Assembly: GCF_006345805.1 (NCBI RefSeq)
Contig: NC_043009.1
Coordinates: 67,208,001 to 67,272,000 of the forward strand
Reading direction: 5' to 3'
Length of the DNA: 64,000 nucleotides
Origin: Octopus sinensis
Taxonomy: Eukaryota
In this document: positions 25,208 to 37,320 of the stretch, in pieces
Layout: each line of letters starts with the position of its first letter
How positions within the stretch are numbered: position 1 is the stretch's first letter
Translations under genes and position numbers: made by a program
Notes under the pieces: generated by a model
Told to the model about the DNA's origin: nothing
Seen by the model: only the letters and a program-made list of their open reading frames with translations
Databases searched by the model: none

Positions 25208-26836
25208 CTGAGGGTGTATATAAATGTATGAGTGTAGCAGCTACTGGTTTTGTATGTCCTATATATTTGTAGATGTCTTTGCATTGATGTCAAACCCTAG
25301 GGCACTCTGAAGTGTGTTGACCTGTGATCCAGCCATGTCTCATGTTATCTTTGTTTTCCTGGGCTTGTGGAGGCACGTGGCTCAGTGTTGGGCTAATGAT
25401 CGTAAGATCGTAATTTCGATTTCTGGACCAGGCGATGCAGTGTGTTCTTGAGCAAAACACTTCGTTTCACTTTGCCCCTGTCCACTCAGCTGGCAAAAGT
25501 GAGTAATGCCGCGATGGACTGGTGTCCCGTCCAGGTGGCGAATATATACGCTATTGAAACTGGGGAAACTAGCCCTTATGAGCCTGGCATGGCTCGAAAA
25601 GGAAATCTTCATTTTTTTTATTTCCTGGGCTTATATATCCACTGTGTCCTTTTCTTTTATGGGGAAGATTTGGTTACTATTTCTAGCTGATGGATTGACT
25701 ACTATATCTGTATGCGTGTGTGTGTGTGTATATGTCTCTCTGGAGCAGCATAAATACTTGTGTGTGTGTGTGTGTGTGCAAATATGTTATACGTTTGCTT
25801 ATGTTTGTATCTGCTCATATTGTGTCTGTTGTTTATGTTGTGTGTGTTTTGTGGGGGGGAGAAAGAGAGGGAGAGCAGGGGGTAGGTCTGTTTACTCTTT
25901 GTCTCCACCCTGCTACTGCTTGTCTATCAGTTACCATCACCTACCCCTCCCACCCCAATCACTATGTTTCTCCCCCAACCAACCCCCCACCCCACCCCCT
26001 CCTGCCACCCACAGACCAGCCTTCGTTCCCTGCTGGTCCACTGTTTATACAATTGGCTTCGAGGGAATCCCTTCTCTCTCTTTTTCCTTGTAGAGCGATG
26101 GCGGCAGCAGCAGTGGAGGGAGTATTGGTATTTGTGGTGGTGGTGGTGGTTGTGTAGTAGAGATGGTATAGTAAGAGTAGAGGCGGTGGTAGTGGTGGTG
26201 TTGGTGTTGGTTACGATGGTGCAGCAAGTGTTGGTGGTAGCGTAGGTGGTGTCGGGTAGTTTTTTTGTTGTAGAAGGGGTGGAAGAAGAAAGGTGATGGG
26301 GGATGATGGTGAGTGACACTTGTGGTGATGGTGTCCAGCAGATAGGAGAGGATGGCAATAATGATGGGTGATGGTCATGGTGACAGTCGTGGTACTAGTG
26401 TTGGTCAGTAATAGTTGTAGAAATGATGAGATCTTGTGGCAGTCGGGATTGTGGAACTGATCTTAATGAGATGTGATGTGAGTAGTAGTAGCAGTAATAG
26501 TAGTAATAGCAACAGTGGTAGTAATAGCAGCAGTAGTGGTAGTGGTAGCAACACCAGTTGTCATAGTAATAATAGTAATAGTAGTAGTAGATGGATAACA
26601 TTAATGGTCAGGGGTCCATAGTACTACTCCATCTGTATGCACATAGCTACACAGTCATTCATTCAAACTCCCTTTCACTCTGTTTATCTCTGTCTCTCTA
26701 ATCCTACTCCTCCCCACACACACCTTGTCTTTTACATGGTACTTGATCTGATAATCTGATATGCAGGCACCATGTGGTTGCCTGCCATGGGAATAAGGTG
26801 AGACTGGAGGTCTGGTTGTCACGGCTCTGTTGCAGG

Positions 26837-26893
<57 letters not shown>

Positions 26894-29280
26894 CTTAGTC
26901 TCTATGGTCCCTACCCCTTTCTAAGTCTCTGTGAAGGGCATTAAAACCAACAAGAGAGCCTCTATAGCAGGCATGGGTACCCTTTTTTTTTTTGAGAAGT
27001 GGGCCCTGCATGAGACATGATTTGTCATCAGGTAGAGTGCACTACTAACAAAATTTAAGGTAACTTTTCTTGAGGCATTTAGAAAGTCCCTCCTGGGTCA
27101 CATGCTGCTCACGACTGCTTTGTAATTTTATGTCTGCTAGAAATAACAACCAAATCTCTCTTAAGTTACACCATACTGTCTTGAAAAAAGACAGATATGT
27201 ATACAATGATGAAGCATTGGATAACGTAGTCACAGAGATATTGTCTTGCCTGGAAATACAGTGAAATATTGATGGTTTGAATGTTTCTGACCAAAGATCT
27301 GCTGAGTCAAGACTGACCACAAGCATGTCAGCTGACCACCTGTGTGTTGCAGCTAGGTTCAAGGTTGTATTTGGACTGCACACTTAGTGTGGTCCCTCAG
27401 CCCTCTAGAAATAGCAGCCTAGTCTCCTTCAACTCACACCATACTATCTTGAAGCAAAGAAAAGGACACATTGAGTCAATGTAGTCTTAGAGACAAAAGT
27501 TCCAACATGGTAATTTCCATTCTAAAGGAAGATTTTGTAAGGAATTTTTAGGTTATTTTTACGTACTTCCTTCAACATTGGAATATTTTGTCATCTTTGG
27601 GGTTAAAACAGAAAAAAACCCCATTTCTGTTAGCTGCTGATTTGAATTCTTTATACCACCAGTGTTGTCTAAAGGAATGGTAAGGGCCAATACAGTTTGG
27701 CTCTGCTGTTGTTACAGATGTTGCTGTCAGAACCTAAACAGCTGGAACTTAGTAAAAGGCATTCTATTCAACAAACTTAGAGATCTTCTAATCTGCCATC
27801 TTGCATTGATTTTCCACCAACCTTGGAAGGATGAAAGAAAAAGCTGACTTTGGTAGGGATTTTAACTCAGAGAGCATAGCGAGTTGGATCAAACACCAGA
27901 AGGCATTCTAATAACCCTGTTCATTTATTGCTTTAGTCTGAGATTAATAAGGCCAAAATCTGGAATCTGAGGAAATTGGTAATGGTCTTTGTCAGCAGCA
28001 CTTAGTTCCAAGAAGAATTTGGTCAGTTGAACTTGCTGGTAGGGAGTGAAGAATCTGACATTTCAGGATCTTGTTCTTTGACTGTGAGAAAGAGAAAGAG
28101 AAAGTTGTTGTTTCTGGATTAATAAGACATGATGGTCATAGTTGAGACGCTTTTGATCAAATTGGGAGATGTTTCTGTGGGAAGAGAATTATGTGCAAAA
28201 TGGATTAGGGTGTGAAGTGTTTGGCATGGATGGAATCTCGGTCTGGTGATCAGGGAGTAACCCATTAAAGCTAATGAGGGAGGAAGTACTGTGTACATTG
28301 AGTGGGTTTAAATGGGAATGGTATTATAGAGTCTTTCAACTTGGAGGAATATCATCATTTAACTTCTGTTTTCCTTGCTGGCATGGGTTGGACGGTTTGA
28401 TAGGAGCTGGCATGGCTGGATTGCTGCACCAGGCTTCAGTTGTCTGTTTCAGCCTGATTTCTATGGCTGGATGCCCTTCCCAACACCAACCACTTTACAG
28501 AGTGGACTCAGTGTTCGTTATGTGACGCCAGGACCCCTACTTTTTACATGGCAGCACTCCATGTGCTTTTTACCAGCATGGGAACATTTTATGTGGCACC
28601 AGTGCAGATACTTTTTACATGGGATCAGCATGGGTGCTTGTTACGTGGCACCAGGGCAGATGCTTTTTACTTGGCACCACCCTGGGTGCTTTTTACATAG
28701 CACCAGCATCAGTGCTTTTCATGTGGCACCATCACAGGCGCTTACCACATGGTACCAGCACTGGTGTGAGTGAAAACTATTTAACAAAGAATTCTGATGT
28801 CTTGGGCTGTATGCTCGGTTTTTGTTTTAAAGAGCATTCCTACATCCTTCCTTCAACATTGGAACATTTTGTCTTTGGAAATAAAAAAAGAAAGAAAGAA
28901 ATATTTCTTTTACATGCTGACTGAATTCTGATTCTGCAAGTTCTTTCCTGACCATATTCCAAATGTAATGTTAGTGCAATTGTGTGGTGGTCAGCTGGCA
29001 GAATGACCAACACACTGAGCAAAATGCTGCCAAGCATTTCACCCATCTTTATGTTCTGAGATTGACTCTACCTTCTATTCTTTAGGGGTTGATAAAATAA
29101 GGACCAGTTATGCACTGGGGTGATGTAATTGACTTACCCTCCTCCTCCCCAAATGCTGGCCTTGTGTCAAAATTGAAATCAGTTTAGGGTTTAAGGGTTT
29201 ATACAAACTGAAGACTTCATTGAAGATATCATATTTTCAGTATGCAAGGTGACAGAGCATATTGTGCAAACATTAAGACA

Positions 29281-29717
29281 TTGTACATTATTTACATTAT
29301 TTACATTTGACGCATATTTGTCCTCATCTTGTTTGTTGTTAACACGACATTTCGGCTGATATACCCTCCAGCCTTCATCAGGTGACTTGGGGAAATTTTG
29401 AACCTGGGTATTTTTCGATGTTATTATTATTATAATTAACTCCATAATTGCCCACGGGCATATGGCGTAGTGGTTAAGAGTGCGGGCTACTAACCCCAAG
29501 ATTCCGAGTTCGATTCCAGGCAGTGACCTGAATAATAATAATAATATTGAAAAATATCTTAGGAATGAGAACCCAGGTTCGAAATTTCCCCAAGACACCT
29601 GATAAAGGCTGGAGGGTATATCAACTGAAACGTGTTAACAACAAACAAGATGAGGACAAATATCCATCAAATGTAAATAATGTAAATAATTCCTCATCTT
29701 TTAAATATAGGACTGTA
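29281..29717. mobile_element. head-to-head inverted pair of tRNA-like/hammerhead repeat (Penelope-like non-autonomous element)
   Basis: Minus partial copy 29281-~29432 and plus copy 29440-29717. tRNA-like segment 29456-29528 (A box TGGCGTAGTGG, B box GTTCGATTCC), then (AAT)n, HHR and an AT-rich tail. Confidence 0.75.
29341..29386 (-). ncRNA. minimal hammerhead of the tRNA-HHR repeat family
   Basis: GTCAC-CTGATGA-A-GGCTG gagggtatat CAGCC-GAAAT-GTC-GTGTT. The family consensus GAAAC-GT(C/T) gives a palindromic helix III, and there is an extra A after A9. Confidence 0.6.
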
Positions 29718-32700
29718 TTAAGACATTGTCCCTGTCTTTTCTAAATCCCTTCTACTATAGGCACAAGACCTGAAATTTTGGGGGAGGGGACTAGTCGATT
29801 ACATTGATCCCAGTGTTTCACTGGTACTTAATTTATTGACCCTGAAAGGATGAAAAGCAAAGTTGACCTCGGTGGAATTTGAACTCAGAACGTAGTGATA
29901 GGCAAAATACTACTAAGCATTTTGTCCAGCATGCTAACGATTCTACCAACTCGCTGCCATCCTGCCTTTCTAAATCCTGCTGCAGTATTCCGCATGGAAC
30001 TTTTGGTCCTCCAAAGTCTGATTTGAGGTATAAGTGTGACCTACCCCTTTCTCTGCAGTAAATTATGGTCTGAAAAATTCAACCCTACCCCACAAAACAA
30101 GGGAGTCACTTGTCAGATTTCTTCCACCACTATCACCTCTCCCCACCACCAAACAATCTCCTCTCTTAATGTGTTATCAGTCAAACAAACAAAAAAACAA
30201 AAAAATAGTACTAAGCCACGTATGTCACATTTTTGGTATGTTTACTATTAGTGTTTTTTTCTCTCTATTTTGTGGTTTTTGTGTGTGTTTTTCTTTTTAG
30301 AGTTTTCAATATTATCAGTCTGTCAGCTTCATTTAGAACATGTCCAACGCTTCATGTTTAAACTGTAAATTGCGTAGACTGTCTGTGTGTGTAAACATGT
30401 GTGTATGCTTGAGTGTGTGTACATAGGTATGTTTGTGTGCGTGTGTGTGTATTAGTAGAGTTGTGGTGTTGGTACCAACTCCAGAAAGGAAGATACGTTG
30501 TGCAGCAGAGATGAATTCTTTAAATTTTCTAAATGTTGCACCAAAACCTCTTCAGGACTGTCTCTCTCCTTCATAGAAGTGTGTGTGGGGGTTTATTATG
30601 CACAGCCTACATATACACGTCTTTACATGCACACACACACACACACACACATATACTCTTATCATGTACATTTCTGTCTCTTCTTCACCTTCCTCTTCCT
30701 CCTCTTCTTCCTCTATTTTCCTTTCTCCATCTTCCTCTTCTTTCACCCTCTTCCTCTTCTTGTCTCCTTTTCCGCTTCCCTCTTCCTCCCCTTCTTCATC
30801 TACCTCCCTATTCCTCTCCTTCCTCTTCCTCCTCTCCTTCCTCTTCCTCATCTCCTTCCACTTCCTCATCTCCTTCCTCTTCCACCTCCCTCTTCCTCTT
30901 ACTCCTCCTCCTCCTCTCTTTCCTTCTCCTTCTCCTCCCACCACCACTACTACTACTACTACTACAACATTCCACTTGACCTTTGCAAGCATGGAATAAC
31001 TGCACATTAAACTAACAGTGACCACACCCGCACACATGCACACACACACAGTGGCACCATCATGAATTTCCCTTCCTATTTTACTGACCCAACAAATTAT
31101 TCGACCAATCTTCAATTTTTTTTTTCTCTCTCTTCCTTTATGTATGTTTTGTCTTATTAAAAAGTTGAAGGAATTATCAATGAAATAGCAAACCCTTCCC
31201 CCCCCCCATGACCATCCTATGTTTCCTTATTTGTTTCCCAAGAGGGCCTTAACCGTTAGGGGTGATGACATAATTTCTCCATTGAACGAATGGCAGGGAA
31301 TTCTTTATTTTCACCTGGGTTAAGCAACCATGTTCATTTTTTTATTACCCACAAGGGGCCAACAAAGAGGGGACAGTACAATCTGATTTTGGGGTCAGAT
31401 GAGCAAATGATTATACAAAATAATGACATAAAAATTTTACAAAAATAAGAAAATATAATAAAATCGAATGGTAGGACAGAACGGAAGACAGTATGGATGG
31501 AATGGGGGGGGGGGTTCGGACCCCATGAGCCCCGCCTCGCCACTGATACCTGAGTTACATCCTGTGTCGCATTCATGAGGTTCCATCCAAATGCAACATC
31601 CTTGCTACATTCTTCCATCGATTTTCAAACATTTTCACAGTCAGGCATTTTCTCTCTAGCCCTATTTTCCTTTGGGCAAGGTTGTTTATGGAAGACCAGC
31701 ATTCGCCCATGCATACCAGCCTCCCCTCTCCATATCACTGATGTTATCCAAAGGGAAAGACAAAGGAGCCAATACAGCTTGGCACCTGTGACGTCGCAAC
31801 TCATTTCTACAGCTGAGTGAACTGGAGCAATGTGAAATAAAGTGTCTTGCTCAAGAACACAACACACAGCCCAGTCTAGGAATCGAACTCACTACCTCAT
31901 GATTGTGAGCCTGATGCTCTAACCACTGAACCATGCACCTTCACATACTACTACTACTACTACTGCAGTCTAGTGTAACACTGGTCTAGCTGCATTTTTT
32001 TCTCTCAATCTTACTCGTGTGTCACCCCGGTCCCTGGTGATGGTCATGGCAAAGATGGAAGTGGACCACCCTGTCAGTGCATGGATATTATTGATATGTT
32101 GTAATTTTCGTAGCAATGTTCAAGGCATTGAGCTGGCAGAATCGTTAGCATGCTAGGCAAAATGCTTAGTGGTATTTTGTTTACCTTCATGTTCCAAGTT
32201 CAAATTCCATCCAGGTTGACTTTACCTTTTGTCCTTTTGGGGTCAATAAGGTAAGTACCAGTTAAATATTGGGGGTTGATTTAGTTGACTTATTGCTCTC
32301 CCTCAAAATTGTCCTTGTGCCAGAATCTAAAATCCATCTCAATAGCAGTGGTTGGTTGATGGTTGGCTAACCCAGACACAATGCATATGGAATTTGAATT
32401 CTTGTGAGAATTGACACAATTCTTGTTGAACAAATGACAATTTTTAGCCATAAATTCTAACACATCGGCTGACATATAGCTGCTCTTTCTTCATTGGTTT
32501 ATTTTAAGGATTAGAGCCTACAGCATATGGCCCAAACATGTAGTACGGTAGGGATTTGTTTAAAGAAAGATTTGGATATCGTACCAGAGTGAATAGAATT
32601 ATATCTTACCATTCTTTGTATATGTTCTTGGAGCAGCTGTTTCTAAGCTCATTACCCTTTCTTGTGCCTTCTCTTTCTATTTTTTTTCATCAGCGATTCT

Positions 32701-32823
32701 TTCTTTCTTGCTTCTTCTGCTATTTTTAGTAAAAGTTTTCTTAAAACAACTACAAACTTCTGTTCCATCATTCATTAGACATCTAACTTTTCCTTTCTCT
32801 CTGTTAGTTTAAGGTTGTGGGAT

Positions 32824-32870
<47 letters not shown>

Positions 32871-33856
32871 TGGGGGTTGTCAAATCATATAAACTCGTTT
32901 CAGTTCCTTTTTTTTTTTTTTTTCTTAATGCTCTTTTACCTCGCCAACTCAATTATAACTTCATGGTTTAGACTAAATCTTCTTCTCTCGATCTCTTTTT
33001 CTTCCCTGATTTGTTTGTTTATTTTCTAAGAGTATTGTTTGTGGCATAATTTCAACCCCCTCCCAACACAATCTGCACCCCCTCTACTTCGCCCCCAGCC
33101 ACACTGTCTTGAGAGTTTTGAAGTTAGGTGACTTTTATTTAAGAGAGAGAGTATGGATTGAGAGAGAGTGTGGATTGAGAGAGAGATAGAGAGAATGGAT
33201 TGAGAGAGAGAATGGGGAGTGAGAGAGAGAATTATTTTTTTTTCTTTAACTTAATTTTAAATTCAGTATTCTTATTTTAAAACTTTGTAGCTGTCAGTTA
33301 TTTTCAAATTAAGCGTTATAAAATTCTAATAAGGCTATATTAAAATTAGTGTACAACACATCTAACATCGCTTGATACAAACTTACACTCTGGCAGAAGT
33401 GTACCTTCCTCATTATTCGTTAAACAACTCCAATCGAGATACACACAACAAGCAAGGTTTTTATGCATAAACAAACTACTGAGACAATGGTCAGAGAAAG
33501 GGAGTTTGGTTGTGATCTAAGGTTGCTTGAAACAGTTGATACCTCTCACTTGCAAATGTATTCATGTTCGGGGTAGGGTTTTTTTTTTTTATTCTAAGTT
33601 CTTGAAGGTTCTAACTTTTGTTATGCAAATAATTTGAGTAGTAGAATGAATTTTATTCCAGAAGGAAGAAGAAATTTACTGTTTCAAGCAGAATCCTTTG
33701 TGCCAAGAATGGCAAATCCGGGACCCATTCTGGCAATGTTTCTGTTATTTTGTGTCCTTAATATCTAAATATTATGCAGGGTGACAGCGCTGAGCAATGG
33801 TGTGTATGAATACAAACTTGTTACCAGTTCAAATACACTTGAAGCATATTTGAACC

Positions 33857-34347
33857 TACAGTTCTATATTTAAGAGATGAGGAATTATGTACATTATTTA
33901 CATTATTTACATTTGATGGATATTTGTCCTCATCTTGTTCTTAACACAATGCTTCGGCTGATATACCCTCCAGCCTTCATTAGGTGTCTTGGGGAAATTT
34001 CGAACCTGGGTTCTCATTCCTAAGGTATTTTTTTATGCTATTATTATTATTCAGGTCACTGCCTGGAATCGAACTCGGAATCTTGGGGTTAGTAGCCCAT
34101 GCTCTTAACCACTACTTGCTCTTAACCATGGACATATGGCATAGTGGTTAAGAGTGCAGGCTACTAACCCCAAGATTCCTAGTTCGATTCCAGGCAGTGT
34201 CCTGAATAATAATAATAATAACAACATAAAATATACCTTAGGAATGAGAACCCAGGTTCGAAATTTCCCCAAGATACCTGATGAAGGCTGGAGGGTATAT
34301 CAGCTGAAATGTTGTGTTAACAACAAACAAGATGAGGACAAATATCG
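33857..34347. mobile_element. head-to-head inverted pair of tRNA-like/hammerhead repeat, both arms with tRNA-like segment
   Basis: Minus copy 33857-34115 and plus copy 34130-34347 form a palindrome of about 490 bp. Same family as 29281. Confidence 0.75.
34273..34318 (+). ncRNA. minimal hammerhead of the tRNA-HHR repeat family
   Basis: GATAC-CTGATGA-A-GGCTG gagggtatat CAGCT-GAAAT-GTT-GTGTT. Substitutions are G-U compatible. Confidence 0.55.
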
Positions 34348-35855
34348 GTCACAGTATTCTGTGTTGGAGAAAAGTTCTTGCTGTAGACAAGCATGTGTCC
34401 TGTGATTTTTTTCTGGCAAGCCACTGAATAGAACAACCAATTATTGAATGATGATGGGAATACTATAAGAGGGGCCTGCCTTTCCTGTCAGTTTACAGCA
34501 TCTGCTTTTGTGGTCACTGGGGCTGAAGAGGAGATAACCCACTCCAAAATGCATGCATCCAACTGTCTGGTTAGGGGGCGCTGCAAACTGACTTGATGTA
34601 TTTTCACCTATTTATTTGCTGTGAGAAATTGTCTCCATAACAGAATATAGCGAATGAATGACTTTCTTTTGGGTTCAAATATGCCTCAAGGATGTAAATT
34701 GGAATATGTTTGAGTGGTTTCAAATCCGAAAAGGCACATTGTTCACTTGATGCCCCTACACATATTCCTTTTAGTAAATGTTTGAATTTGTAGGACTCTT
34801 TACTCTTTTACTATCAAAATCCCAATAGTTTTTTTTTTAAATGTAATGTTTGTGGGGTGAAATGGTTGTTTAAGCTATTCAGGTTTGGGCTTCAATTGGA
34901 GCACTGACACCCCAACCAATAAATAGATAAAACAACAAACTATGCAAAAAAGTAAAAAAAAAGGGTTTTTTTTTACCAAAAAAATAAAAAGAATGTCAAA
35001 AATGTTAAATTAATGGTAGTTTGGTGCTAGACTTAAGAGGTGAATCATTGAATAATTTTTTTTTCTTTCAAAATCAGCCAGTAAAGTTTCTGGTTCAAAC
35101 AGAAAAAAAAGCTGAGTACAACTTAAAAAGAAAATAAAAAAAGAAAGGAAGAAAGAAAGAAAAGCACTAACAACAACAACAAAATGATTCATTTACAAAG
35201 CAGGTGTTGGTTCTAGTTTCTGAGAGTTTTCTTGATAAATGCCAAGAGTTAGAGACCTAAGGTAGCTTCAGGTAACTCTTAGATCTAAATGGCAATTAGT
35301 CTGCCAAAATTGGAAGATTTGTGTGCTTGTATGTATGAATGCATGTATGTATGTTTATGTGTGTATATTTGTGTGTGCGACTGTTTGTGTATGTGTGTGA
35401 AAAAAAAACCTTCATTTTTGTTTCCTTTTTTTGTTTTGTTGGTGATTCTGGCTGCAGCAGAAGATTGGACTCGGTAAACTTCATTGAATTATGTGAGTTT
35501 TAGACCTGATGACTATAAATCATAATTTGCAGAATGGCCAGAAATTGAAATCACAACCTTTTGGTTGCCATGATCGATGTGAGGTTACTGACTGAACATC
35601 GCCCACCTTCCTCTTGTCCTTTCTTTTCCCTCTCCATGTGTTATACGCAATACTATACGTAGTGTCTGTGTCTATGACTACAGAGATGAACTGTCTGTCT
35701 ATTTGCATAACTGTTAGCCTTTTACAAGGTGGATGCCCCAGCGTGGCCTTAGCTGTGATAGCAAAGCAAAGAACTCGGTTATTGCTGAAATTCTATCTCC
35801 CAAGATAACTGGAACCAAAACAAAGATGTTTGTTGAGTTTGATTCTCTCTGGAAC

Positions 35856-36198
35856 TGGTGAAGGTGCATAGTTTAGTGGTTAGGGTATTTGGTTCATGAA
35901 TGTGAGGTCAGGAGTTCAATATCCACCAGTGTATTACGTCCTTGAGCAAGACACTTTATTTCATGTTGTCCACTCCACTCAGCTTGCAAAAATGAGTGGT
36001 CCCTGTATTTCAAAGGCCAGGCCTTGAAATACAGGGATTACTCAATCCGTATTGTGCTGAATCTCCCTGAGAACTACATTAAGGGCATGCGTGTCTGTGG
36101 AGTGCTCAACCACTTGCATGTTAATTTAATGAGCAGGCTGTTCCCTTGATTGGATCAGCTGGAACCCTCATTGTTGTAACAAACAGAGTGCCAGTGTT
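35856..36198 (+). mobile_element. tRNA-derived CORE-like SINE family C with 12-bp TSD
   Basis: TSD TCTCTCTGGAAC (35844-35855 and 36199-36210), A/B boxes and gtccttgagcaagacactt core. Other copies at 707-975(-), 11371-11625, 25368-25610, 31730-31945(-), 44117-44432, 61790-62070(-) and 63620-63750(-). Confidence 0.85.
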
Positions 36199-36605
36199 TC
36201 TCTCTGGAACCATAAGACCCTTAAGCCAAAGCTGGAGGAGAGTGTTGTGAAGGCATTTTTAACAATAGTCTGTATGATCCTTAAACGATGAACACAAGGA
36301 CCTTTCAACAGGGAGTAGGGAGTAGAACTGATAGTCTTCATCTTCATCAGTAATTTCCCATAAGGGTCACTAATCCATGCAAATACCTAAAAGAGGTACA
36401 TACTGAGAATAAGCCATTGTCAAAATATGGGGACAAGAGGCATTGTCAAATGCCATTTTCCTGAAGGGAATCCGGAGCTAAAAACAGTGGAGGAATGCTG
36501 CTGTATGCAGATAGAACATAGACTCTATTCTTTTTATGTAACATATAGCTTTTTTATGTTCCCTGCCCCTCAAAAAATGAACAAACCAATATATATATAT
36601 ATATA

Positions 36606-36832
36606 TAATTGTTAAAGAGGACAACAAACATTAAGGCAAGGCAAACATCTAAAGTCATATACATTATTATTATTGGGAAAAATTCAAAGTCTTACAGCTG
36701 TTTCTGGGACATTCCATCATCAGAGACAGATAGGGAAAATGAGAAGGGTATAGATTAATGAAATGATGACATAATGTATATGACTTGAGATGTTTGCCTT
36801 GCCTTAACGTTTGTTCTCCTCTTTAACAATTA
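36606..36832. mobile_element. Penelope-like element: 62-bp inverted repeats flanking a hammerhead
   Basis: 36606-36667 and 36771-36832 are reverse complements with 3 mismatches. HHR at 36689-36727. Confidence 0.65.
36689..36727 (-). ncRNA. minimal type I hammerhead ribozyme, intact core
   Basis: Minus strand reads GTCT-CTGATGA-TGG aatgtc CCA-GAAAC-AGCT-GTA-AGAC. Helix I is GUCU/AGAC, helix II is 3 bp, helix III is the palindrome ACAGCUGU and the cleavage triplet is GUA. Confidence 0.75.
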
Positions 36833-37056
36833 CATGTCCACTATATCAGAAATCTGCAAGGGCTCCATAAATACCATCTCGGCTATAACCTTGGAGCCCT
36901 AGTAATCTGTTACACCACTTACCTAGCTTACCTAATCATTTAGACCACCTGTGAACTAAACCCCCATATTGTGTGTGTGTGGGTGTGTGTGTATTAATCA
37001 AAAAACTCAATGGATGGTGACTTTGGAGTTTTGGCCAGCTAAGTCATTGTCAGGCT

Positions 37057-37101
37057 GCAGTCTGATGATGGTTTAGCTGGGTGAAACTCTGAAGTCACTG
37101 T
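37057..37101 (+). ncRNA. type I hammerhead-like motif with weak helix II
   Basis: GCAGT-CTGATGA-tggtttagctgggt-GAAAC-TCTGAA-GTC-ACTGT. Helix I is 5 bp, the core is intact and the triplet is GUC. AATAAA follows about 25 nt downstream. Helix II pairs poorly. Confidence 0.5.
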
Positions 37102-37274
37102 CAATAGTATTCATGTTTAAGAATAATAAATCCGTACTCTACAGAAGCAGAGTGTAACTCATCACATTGAGGTAAAATTGTTTCTATTATAACTGGACAT
37201 AAGACTAAACAGTTATGTGTGTGTTTATATATGTTTGTATATGTGTAAATATATGTCTTACATTAGATGCGCAC

Positions 37275-37305
<31 letters not shown>

Positions 37306-37320
37306 GTAACAGTACCTGAC

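Noticed and set aside
29456-29528. Functional tRNA gene
   Set aside because: The acceptor and anticodon stems are poorly paired, and the segment is embedded in a multicopy repeat.
31049-31545. CAGTGGC...GCCACTG inverted ends suggesting a Harbinger-like MITE
   Set aside because: The TIR is only 7 bp, the flanking triplets differ (ACA/ATA) and there is no second copy.
32615-32740. Minus-strand CTGATGA...GAAACAGCTG, and a K/R/E-rich exon-like frame ending at AATG|GTAAGA
   Set aside because: No helix II and U16.1 is missing. The frame needs a homopolymer indel, and purine-rich low complexity explains the composition.
34565-34585. AGGGGGCGCT resembling a CTCF site
   Set aside because: The 5' half of the motif does not match, and a single partial match is uninformative.
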